NCBI RefSeq assembly: GCF_006345805.1
Contig: NC_043000.1
Span: 38,626,001 to 38,690,000 of the forward strand
DNA from: Octopus sinensis
Taxonomy: Eukaryota
Reading direction: 5' to 3'
Length of the DNA stretch: 64,000 nt
Numbering within the stretch: position 1 is the first letter of the stretch; each line of letters opens with the position of its first letter. The notes below the pieces were generated by a model, which searched no databases, was not told the DNA's origin, and saw nothing but the letters and a program-made list of their open reading frames with translations. The translations under genes and the position numbers were made by a program. This document shows positions 53,108 through 64,000 of the stretch, piece after piece.

Positions 53108-53451
53108 TACATGGATATTTTAAATAAATGCGAGAGAAATTGTATATACCGCATATGTGTGTGTGTTCGTGTGTGTGTGTGTGAACAAGAACTTAATCAA
53201 GAAGCATTTCACGTTGTGTTGCTCCATTCCACACAGCTCGCGAAACTGAGTTGTACATTTAAATTGAAAAGAGCCAGCGTTTTCACATTCTGTGTCACGC
53301 TGAATACCACTGTGAATTACAATAAGGGTAGGTGTATCTGTGGAATGCTCAGCCACTTGCACGTTAATTTCATTAGCAGGATATTCCATTGATTGCATCT
53401 TCTGTAACTCGCCTTCGTACATTGAGTATGATATATACATGGCTATTTTAA

Positions 53452-53486
<35 letters not shown>

Positions 53487-53700
53487 ATATACAGAGAGAG
53501 AGGGAGAGAGAGAGATGTATACATATAATGTGCATGTACTATTTAGATATAAATATGAATATGCTTATGTATTATGGTTAGATACCCAATTTAGTATGTG
53601 TGTACATGTATGTGTGTGTGTATATGCATACATATACACACATACTAAATCGTGTATCTATCTATAATACATACATACATACATGCATATATATATATAC

Positions 53701-53763
<63 letters not shown>

Positions 53764-53811
53764 CATACATACATATATATATATACATATATACATACAC
53801 ACATATATAAA

Positions 53812-53935
53812 GGGTCCCATTACCTTTAAATGGTATATGGACAAATTTAATGAAGGAATACCAGATAAGCCACCTATACCAGGATACAACTTACTCAACA
53901 AGAACTCTCTGCTCGAATGGACTATGGTACCACAA
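53812..53935 (+). mobile_element. CR1-group LINE extreme C-terminal fragment
   Basis: FKWYMDKFNEGIPDKPPIPGY...NSLLEW resembles FK..LD.FL..IPDEP..PGY...NSL. Confidence 0.55.
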
Positions 53936-54075
53936 AACCTTAAAAAGGATGCAGCTATTCCTATCAGGTGGTGCTATTAAGTTAGACCAGTCTTTGGTCG
54001 CAACATATCTAAGTTATCTAAGTATATTTGTATATACATATGCATATACACACACAGACACACAGACACACACAA

Positions 54076-54137
<62 letters not shown>

Positions 54138-54717
54138 GTATATGCACATAGTTACCTGGAGAGCAATATTTGGATACAATTTAAAATACGTTTCATTAAA
54201 GAATGATAAAGGTTTTCTATCCACGACACACCATAATAGGTCGACTTGTTGGACTGAGATAGAATGAAAACACACAATTAGGTTTGCAACAATAACGAAC
54301 AACGATAGTATTACGATATGTAGACAGAACAGAGGAATTTCTATAGATGGTAATTGTAGTTCCTTGTCATGCAGTTATCGACCATTCTCTGTGCTGTTTA
54401 CGCCGTCAGGAAGTCAGAGTTTTGTTAAACAGTATTCAGGTTGCTACAAATGTATCAATGATATTTTTCTTCCTAATTACGAGTTTTTGAACAATTAATT
54501 GGTCGAACATATTCAAGTTCAATGGTTGGTGGTTAGAATGTTGAAATCGAGATCATAAGGTGATGGGTTCGATTTCTGTGTAGGACCGTACAGGTATTCT
54601 TTTCTTTCTTTTTCTATTTTCAGCCCGAGGACTGCGGCCAGGCGGCAGCACCAGCGTTTGCTTTGCTACCCTTTCACTAAACCTCTGATGTGTGGCATTT
54701 GATGAATGAAAGCGTTT

Positions 54718-54962
54718 GATATTACTGTCCTCATCTATGTTTCTTGCCTCGAAGTAGGTTCATCGGGAACTCTTGACAGGAGGCGGTCCAGTTTGGTTTT
54801 CAAGACGCTTACATTCACCCCATGTAGTTCTCTCAGGCATTGCGAGGGGGTAGTGAAGAGCTGTAGGCTCTTGAAGCCCAAGCTGTAGCAGTATCTGCTC
54901 CTGTATCCTGATGGCAATGTTGCGATTGTTGGTACGATGCAGTGGCGTCCAACTCTGCTCTT
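54718..54962 (-). mobile_element. CR1-group LINE 3' fragment
   Basis: RYCYSLGFKSLQLF...VSVLKTKLDRLLSRVPDEP. Confidence 0.75.
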
Positions 54963-55300
54963 TGTGCAACTGGCAACTTTTTTAAAAAGCGGGCTGCATA
55001 AGACACGGCTCATTATCGGGCAGCCCGCACAATTAAAAAGGTTTATTTGACGAGATACCCCTTGTAAAGTCACCTGACGAGACGTTTCAGCCCCGCGCGA
55101 TGCACCACAGCCAGTTGTACAGAATACCACCCACGAGAGATCGATGCAGAATGGGTCGAAACGATCATTGTGGGCAATAACGTTTCTCGTATATTCTATT
55201 TTCCCTCTCAAACGTTTGTTTCATGTATATATATATAATATATATATATAATATATATTATATATATATATATAATATATATACATATATATATATATAC

Positions 55301-55333
<33 letters not shown>

Positions 55334-55386
55334 CACATATATATATAATATATACATATATATATATATATGTATATATATATATG

Positions 55387-55475
<89 letters not shown>

Positions 55476-55880
55476 TACATATATATGCACACATTCGTAC
55501 ATACATATACTTGCATATACACATGCATACATGCTAACATAACATTTAAATATATATCAGCATGTCTAGTTATACAAATATATACATGAGAATACATACA
55601 TAGAACAAAGCATACAAATCTGCACACATACATGCATGCATACGTACATGCGTACATACCTGCATACATATGTACATACAAGCAAACAAAAATGCCATGT
55701 TTTTGATGTTGAAATTTCAATGAAGGTGCCTTGGATTTAGGTTAGAAACTGTCTCTTTCTCAATTGGCAAGAAAGCTTGAAATAAAACTGAATAGTGACA
55801 TACATACATACATACATACACACATACATGCATACATACACACATACATACATGCATGCATACATACATACATACATACA

Positions 55881-55911
<31 letters not shown>

Positions 55912-56259
55912 GGCTGAAGAATTTCACCTTTTCGCGGCTAGATCTTATACGGAGAAAGTATCGAGAGCACACCAAAACGTCCCTGATGTTTATCGACTGC
56001 AACTGCTTCTCTCATCCTCAATAACAGCCAGCCACTCCCTTGCTAAAAGTTACCACTCATTAGTCACACAGAACATCGTGTACAAATGGTACGCTGTGTG
56101 CCTCAATCTGTTCTTAGAGGATCATTATGCCACCAACGGCATTATAACACTTGTGCAAGCGGGAAGGAAGAACTAGCTGTGGGATGTCGATAGCAGCTAC
56201 TATAAACAAAATGTTTCAAAAAAACAAAACAACACAGTAAAATCTCACAGGATCTTTAC

Positions 56260-56820
56260 TTCGGTGTGGTTGGACTTTCAGAAGATTTTGATAGAGTAAA
56301 ACATGGTTGGATTATCGAGACTTCACAGTTAGCCCTCAACCACACGTGAGTGCTATTGAACGCCTGACCAAAACTTTACATAATAAGCATTCACAGCCAA
56401 AAATGCATTCTTCAGAGTGATAGCCTAACTGTGTTGCTCTTCGTCCTATCGTTAAATCCGCTACCATACCTGCTCACTAAACATAGTGACCATAGAAATG
56501 GATCCAGAAGTATCTCCCATATTGTCTATGATGACGACCTGAAACTATATGGGCCAAACATTATACAGGTAAAAATGCATTTGGATATCAAAACACAGTT
56601 GTTTATGAACAAAGGAATGAATATTGGTGAGTCCAAATGTACATTTTTAACAATAAAACGCGGAAAATGTGTGCCCTACTCTGAAAATCTGAACCGCTTG
56701 ACAATACGGCTTGACAATACGATTTCTCCAATCAGGAGACAATTATAGGTATCTTGGACACGATGAGAATGCCACATATGATGGACTTATAAATTAGGAG
56801 AGGACCACCTCGCCGCCTTA
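56260..56820 (+). mobile_element. Decayed RLE-type LINE reverse transcriptase fragment
   Basis: Decayed DF.K.FD.V.H motif, ILQSDSLTVLLFVLSLNPL (QGDSLSPLLF-like) and ISHIVYDDDLKLY. Confidence 0.75.
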
Positions 56821-57391
56821 ACCTGATTATTATAATTATATTTAAGGCAGCGAACTTGCAGAATCATTAGCACACCTGACTAAATGCATGGCAACACTTC
56901 ATCGGTCTTTAAGTTCTGAGTTCAAATCCAGCCGAGAACCTTGTCTTTAATATTTTCATGCTTGATAAAGTAAGTACCAGCTACGTACTGGGTTTGATGT
57001 AACTGATTAGTCCCTTCTCCAAAGCTTCAGGTTTTGTGCTTACAATAGAAATGAAGGTATAATTCAGTGAGAGCAAGTGTGTGTGTATGTATGGATGTAT
57101 GGATGGATAGAGACCCCTATTTCTTCCAATAATTATTTAATTATGCATGAGGACTTAACAGAAATCTCTTTTAAAAGAACAATTTAAAAGATCGACATTA
57201 AATCCTATTTTGATGAACAAATAGTAAGTAGCTATCAGTATTGTTGTTTAGTGGGGTAAAATAATTTTCGGAAAGATAATGGCGATGAACGGAGACAAAA
57301 ACACAGAAAAAGAAAACAGGTGAAAATGAAAAATGTTAAGTGGATACGTAATAAACAACCATATATATACCCATCTCTCTAACCTTGCACG

Positions 57392-57456
<65 letters not shown>

Positions 57457-57480
57457 TCATATAATATCCATATATACATA

Positions 57481-57543
<63 letters not shown>

Positions 57544-57895
57544 ATGTATGTATGTATGTATATGTATATATATGCGTGTATCGTATTTATTATTGGAAAC
57601 CATATTAATAATCAAAACAATTATCATTTTTTTTCATTCGAACAACGATAATTCGTATTTTAACGAAATTCGCAATAAAACTTTCACACAACTACTTCAC
57701 ACCGTCTCTCAGAATATTAGAAAAACATATAAAATAGTCTTCTTTTAGTATTTTAATCATCATTATCTAAAGAGTGGTTGGTGCCAGCATTATGTTTTTT
57801 TAGTGTTGTCTCGTAGTAAACACTTTTTAAGTATGAAATAACTCAGTGATATTGATTTAGAGAAAATACAGCAGAATAACAGTGTTTTGTGATAC

Positions 57896-57982
57896 CGGTA
57901 TATGTAGATAGTGTAGCGCATTGGACGGTAGTCAGGGAGCCGATACGTGCCTAAATAGATACTGCCAACAGAGGCGCCTTTC
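57896..57982 (-). CDS. Weak candidate upstream exon
   Basis: Acceptor cctgttttgcttgcag, donor CG|gtatca, 87 nt, phase 2-2 (KGASVGSIYLGTYRLPDYRPMRYTIYIYR). Phase-compatible with 50811-50872. No recognisable domain. Confidence 0.2.
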
Positions 57983-59419
57983 CTGCAAGCAAAACAGGAT
58001 TGCAGGTCTACGAACAAAATGCAGACGTGGAGGATGTTGGTACAGTTATTAAATCTTACACCTTTATGATACAGAAAAAACCCGAAGATAGTAAATTTAC
58101 GCGATGCAATGCTAAACCTAAATCCGTGTAACACTATCTCGACCAGAAACCCATGTTCTGCAACCATTGTTTAGCAACGTTGTCCTTGTTGTTATTGCAG
58201 ATATGGAGTTGGTTGCTGTTTTTAACTTCAAGCAAGATGTAACTATGCTCAGAGACGTTTCAGCTCTGCCCATCCTGTCTGTTAATATATTCAGACATTG
58301 TGGCACACTTATCTAAAATATTAGGAACTGTCTTTCATTATTGAAACAAAGATTAGTTGGTAGGATCTACGTTGAGGGAGAATTAAATGCACTTTCTAGC
58401 GGGTCGGTCGATCATACATAGCATCACTAAATAGTTCAGTAGTAACATTGAATAAGTTGGAATGATTGAGCAAAACTATAATCAGTAAGTGTTACCATCC
58501 TGTTTTTGCAATATTCAGACCACCTTGTAGTACATAGCGTTACAGCCACAAGCGCGTCTCCTACATTTCAAAGAACGGTTGGTAGGTAGGTTGTGACTTG
58601 AGGGAAAAACTTGCTGCATTTTCTAGCTGGTCGGGTAACCACGTACTGACGTAAAGTTGTTTGGTGATGACGTCAATTTCTGAAATTTTTACCAGCTTCT
58701 TTCATGCATTATCATTTTTTTAATATTTGTTTGTTTAAATAGTTTCAACTTAAAATTAAAAGACATCAGGTAATACAAACTAGAACGCTTGCTTATTTAT
58801 TGTTGACCTGCAAAAAAAAAAGCTGATCATTACAGTCAGAAATCGATATCGATCGTCTGAAAAAAAAACGTTTATGGCGGTTGGGTTGTTATCAGTCATC
58901 AATATATGTGGTCTCCGATCAATATGTTATTTAAATGTTACATCAATATTCTATCAGCTAGAACGGGGATTCTTATAAATCAATGCCGTTCCGAATATGG
59001 TAGATTACATAGAGATGGAGGAAATTCCGAATTTTCTAATTGGAATAAAATTGATTTGTCATCAATAGACGTTTGTTGTTTTGTTTTTATAGCGGCAAAG
59101 CAACACGTATAAAATTGATTTTATTTGTAGCAATCTGAAGGTTTGAACCTTGATGTTTAACAAACTCTTATTTTAAGCAACTAACTTAAGGTGCAACACC
59201 AGCTTACGTGAGATAGCGATCTGGGAGAACTGTTAGCACTTTGGACAAACGCTTAGTAGCATTCCTTCTATATACCGCCACGGTAAACTTTGCCTTTCAT
59301 CCTTTTCGGTGCTGATAAAATAAGTACCATTTGCATACAGATGTCGATGTATTCGACTAGCCCATTCCTCCAAGATTTCAAGCCTTGTGCTTATAACAGA
59401 AAGTATAAATATTATTTTT

Positions 59420-59958
59420 GAGAGAACTGTGCATCAGACCAGAGTGACACTGGGGTACGCATACATGAAGCCCAATGTACTCATTATGACTACTCGTCTG
59501 ATAAGGCACATACATCACAACATGCGCGCAACATTGTGATCCCATATCAAGATAAACAGCACATGACCTCGCAGATGGGGCCTAGTTAGAATTTTCGTCA
59601 GGTCGAGTGGCCCATCCTGCTGAAAGGATCCCTGAATAAGAGTTCTTTAAGGATGTTGAATGCATCATCCTAATTTCCAGAGGTGAATTATCCAAACCCC
59701 AAAGAATCCCTCTCAACACATGGCTATGATGCTCCCCCACTACGTCTGCTCATGGTCAGAGATGCACATATCGTCAGTCCCCAAGGGACTTGCTCAACTG
59801 GTTAAGGTCAAACAACTAACAAGCAAATCTGTGATATTGAGCAGAATATTTGCTGTAGCCCATCTTTTATACCAAGATAAAATAATGTAAATGATAACAC
59901 TTCCAATCAGATAAGATCAGCAGGCATAAGAGCCACTGCCTGGTACTGCATCAGGGCA

Positions 59959-59994
<36 letters not shown>

Positions 59995-60416
59995 GAGTGA
60001 GAGAGCAGTTCATGCCATCAAAGTGACACTGGGGTGAAATATACGAAGCCCAATATACCCATCATGACTACCCGTCTGATAAGGGTACACCAGGCACATG
60101 CATCACAACCATATGTGCGCGACATGGTGATCTCATATCAAGATAACAGCACATGACCTTGCAGTTGGGGCCCAGTTAGAATTTTCTTCAGGTTGAGTTG
60201 CCCATCCCGCTCAAAAGGTCCCTGAATAAGGGTTGTTTAAGGATGTTGAAAGAACCACCCATGTTTCCAGAGGTGAATTATTCAAACTCCAAAGAATCCC
60301 TCTCAACACATGGCTATGATGCTCCCCCACTACTTCTGCTCGTGATCAGAGATGCACACATCGTCAGCCACTAAGGGACATGCTCAACTGGTTAAAGTCA
60401 AACAACTGACAAGCAA

Positions 60417-60417
<1 letters not shown>
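59420..60417 (-). mobile_element. Two head-to-tail copies of the (AAT)n-associated element (59420-59958 near full length; 59995-60417 truncated)
   Basis: Shared sequence, e.g. cacatggctatgatgctcccccactac. The copies are separated and followed by (ATT)n; the left end of the first copy has no visible (ATT)n. Confidence 0.8.
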
Positions 60418-60479
<62 letters not shown>

Positions 60480-61044
60480 TACTACTACTATTATTATTAT
60501 TATTATTATTATCATTATTATTATTATTATTATTATTATTAATAATATTATCATCATCATCATCATCATCATTATTATTGGTTTAAAGAAAATATGCTGA
60601 CAATAACCAAGTGCCTTTGTGATTTCAGCACAAAATAAGAAAAAAGAATATCTTTTTTAGATAAGCTCCGTTTTAAAACTGCTGATATGTAATTTAAAGA
60701 CGGCATTTTCACAAAATATTCTGACGTTGCGTAATACAACACGCTAAATATGTCACAAAATATTTCTTTATTAAACTCCATATAATACTTTAACCAAATG
60801 TTATTGCATTTGAAGGCTATCTTTAATATTTTATCATAAAATATTTAAAAATTCGATGTTCAGAATATATTCGTTGACTCTAAAATATTCAGTCCCCGTT
60901 TTACTGACTGACAGTCTGTCCTTTCATCAGTTTGTACTGGATTACAAGTTACCCTACATACATATATATATACATGCATACATACATATGTACGTACGTA
61001 CGTACAAACATACATACATACATACATACACATACATACATACA

Positions 61045-61390
61045 TACGTACGTATGAATACCTCAGTAAAAGTTAGGCATAACAGGCCTGATATAATGAT
61101 TTGGGATAGAGAAGAGGAACTGTGTATAATTGTGGAAATTAGCTGCCCAGCGGATGTTAACCTAAAGCTGAAGATCAGTGAGAAAGAGAATACCTTCTCT
61201 GCAGTTACTCTATTCAGGTTTATACCTGTAATTATTGCAGCCCTGGGATATGTGGCACTCTGCCTAAATAGAAATCTTGTGATATTAGGCTTCTCAAAAA
61301 CCAGAAAGGAGAAAGCTGATTCGAAGACTAGAGATCCACTCCATCACTGGAACTGTAAAAGTCTGTAAAAATTTCCAGAAGTTTATCATT
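61045..61390 (+). mobile_element. RLE endonuclease fragment of another R4/NeSL-like LINE subfamily
   Basis: VRHNRPDIMIWDREEELCIIVEISCPADVN...IPVIIAALG, inserted in (TACA)n. Confidence 0.75.
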
Positions 61391-63125
61391 TAAATATATA
61401 TGAGCATATCGAGATATGCAACTTTGTGCATGAAAATACATACACAAAGTGAAATGTGCAAATCTGCACATATACATATGTACGTACGTAAGTACGTACA
61501 TATATACATACATAAATAGATATACATATGCATATATGTGTATGTGCATGTGCGTATGTGCGCGTGCGCATTTATATACCCGCACAACTTATCTATTTAC
61601 ACCTTTCTCGTTCTCCTTCTTTCACTCTCACTATGTATATTTTTATATAAGTGTGTGTATAGATGTGTGTGTGTCTGTGTGTCTGCGTCCATGCGTGTGT
61701 AAATAAAAGGCAAGAGAAACCTCGTTTTGCTAATTCCACATTACTACATCTGCCTTTTTCATTATATTCGGACGAATATCCTTTCTTTGCGTTACATCCG
61801 TTAATTTCCCTCTAATATATGTTATCAGTTTTGTTATGTGAGGTAATATAATTCTACTTTCATATATTGCAAATCAAGCTTTTTTTTAGGAACGGTATTA
61901 TCCAGCTCATTGATTCACTGTATATTCATTTATTTGGGAAGAGGGTCAGGAGATCCCCATATATATGGGAGGTCAGTCTGACGTTATTAATATTGAGGTA
62001 CGAAATATTATTTGAAGAGGAAAATGAAATTGCTACGTCGTTTTAGATCTTAAGGAAAAGTTTGCGCTTGTGAAGTTACGAAAACATTAATTCTGTGTTT
62101 ATATTCAATATTCTAGATTGGTTTATAAGATTGAAGGCGATTATTGAATGAAAGAGATGCATAACGCATGTGATTGTTTCTAAGTTGTTACTTTCTCCAC
62201 GTGGCAGAGTCCTTGATAATATTTCTGCTTATTTGCTTGTTCACACAGTATGGAGTAACCGGAAGTATGTTACCATCTATTTTGTGGTAATATCAAGAAA
62301 CACGAGGATGTCACGTGAACATTTTAACCACACAGCTTACTCTTATACAAAATATTCTGGCTTATTCATGAGACCCAGGTTTCATACGACTCGTTGTTAA
62401 TCCAGTTTCCACGGTCTATCGCTGAATGAGATTGCATGACTCCCCTTGACAGGAACACCGCAATGTTAACTTCTCTGCTATTGTTGGAACTCATTTACAA
62501 CTGAATTGACATGAGTAGCCAATAAAAGGAGATGCTTTACCCAAGAACATAACACGTCGCCAGGTTTGATGATCAAGTCAACACCCGAAACACCAAGCTA
62601 GGTCCCGTCACTCTATTTAATGCATGTCTTTATTCATATGGATGTTATAAGTCTGCGAGCTGGCAGTTATAAGTCTGCGAGCACAAAGGGCAAACGCTTA
62701 GAGGCGTCTGGACCGTCTTTACACTCTTAGTTCAATTCCCTCCGACGTCGATTTTGCCTTTCGCTTTGTCGGGTTAATAAGTTAAGTACCAGTTGAACAC
62801 TGGGTTCTATGTAATCGACTTACCCCACAATCCACAAGCATGCTTGCCTTGTACCAAAATTTTAAACTGATATTCATACTGGCGATGGGCTAAAAGAATA
62901 GTTAACACGCAGGAGAGAATGTTTAGCAGCTGGTCGCCTGTCTTTACGTTCTGAGTTAAAATGCTGCTGAAGTAGAATTTCTCTTTCATTCTTTCGGACC
63001 CGATACAATAAGTAGCAGTCAACTACTGGGGTCCTTAGAATTCACTTCGCTCTTCTCCTCTTAAAAACTGCTGGCCCTCTGCCAAAATTAGTTACTATGT
63101 GTGTGTATATATATATATATATATA

Positions 63126-63826
63126 GGTTCAGCAAAATTTAGATTCAAATGAATATAGTACTTAAGTTAGATGCACCAGATTTTTGTATGGTGTTATCCA
63201 TATAAATCCATGGGGTGATTATAATCAAAATAAGCAATAAGAATAACTTCGGTAATTTGGTACGATCGTTTCACGCTACATCACTTTATTAAATATTGTA
63301 AGTATTACAGCAGTTTTAAAATGTTGAGCAATCACCAGCCATTTATAGAGGTTTTCCATTAATACATAATTTTCATATTAATTGATAACATTATAGAGAA
63401 GGTAGATATATAGACAAAGATGTCGATTTAAATTTTAAAAACATTAAGGTAGCAGAGTTTATCTTCTGACTGAAGAATATTCATTACGTTATTTTGAACT
63501 GCTAGAAAGTTGGGAAGTATAATCAGTTGAAAGGAGACAAAAAAGATTTTCTATTTGTAGAAATAGGGGTGAAATAAATGTCAGAAGTTCTTCATAAAGA
63601 AATTAAGGTAGAGAGGGGGTTATAATGCCCTAGAAGCTGTTTACTACTATTTGCCAAACAGATTTTGTATTAAAAAAACTAGGTCAATTTCAGATAGTCA
63701 CAGTGACAACATATATACCAAAAAGTTATAGAGAATACAAAGATTCATTTATACTTATATACATCAGATTTATACTTAGCTGGTAGGTGTTAAGTATAAA
63801 GGGATCTTTGTATTCTCTATAACTTT
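63126..63826 (-). mobile_element. Second copy of family H3
   Basis: Begins at (TA)n with ggttcagcaaaatttagattcaaatgaata and is collinear with 12960-13592. Confidence 0.75.
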
Positions 63827-64000
63827 AGAAGAAGAAGAAAAAGAAAAAGAAGAAGAAGAAGAAGAAGAAGAAGAAGAAGAAGAAGAAGAAAAAGAAGAAG
63901 ACGAAGAGAATAAAGCGTGTCTGGATTAACGGTTGTGTATGTTGAATATAAAATATATATTCAAGCTTATTCTAAAAGAAAGATGGTATTGATTATTGAT

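Noticed and set aside
158-61706. Most supplied ORFs ([24 protein letters not shown]-rich)
   Set aside because: They are translations of di-, tri- and tetranucleotide microsatellites or of SINE bodies, with no coding signal.

Overview
Eukaryotic, AT-rich DNA saturated with microsatellites ((TA)n, (TATG)n, (TAGA)n, (CA)n, (AAT)n, (GAA)n) and tRNA-derived SINEs. The repeat content points to an octopus genome; this is an inference from composition, not a database match. Nearly all supplied ORFs are microsatellite artefacts. The window is mostly intron of one minus-strand gene that the ORF track misses. Three well-supported exons (42609-42728, 26093-26199, 6868-7020) have canonical splice sites and matching phases. 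They splice into a 127-aa hormone-receptor (HRM) domain plus the start of a GAIN domain, indicating an adhesion GPCR. The introns hold three SINE families, R4/Dong-like RLE LINE fragments sitting in trinucleotide arrays, CR1-group LINE 3' ends, a decayed Tc1 transposon and several fold-back elements. Two signals stand out. The first is about ten minimal type-I hammerhead-ribozyme-like motifs in several unrelated short repeat families, probably Penelope-like derivatives, mostly next to (TA)n. The second is a ~540-bp non-coding element that is usually bounded by (AAT)n and keeps a fixed orientation to it. No CRISPR array, rRNA or genuine tRNA gene was found. Exon and ribozyme coordinates were counted base by base; repeat boundaries are approximate.
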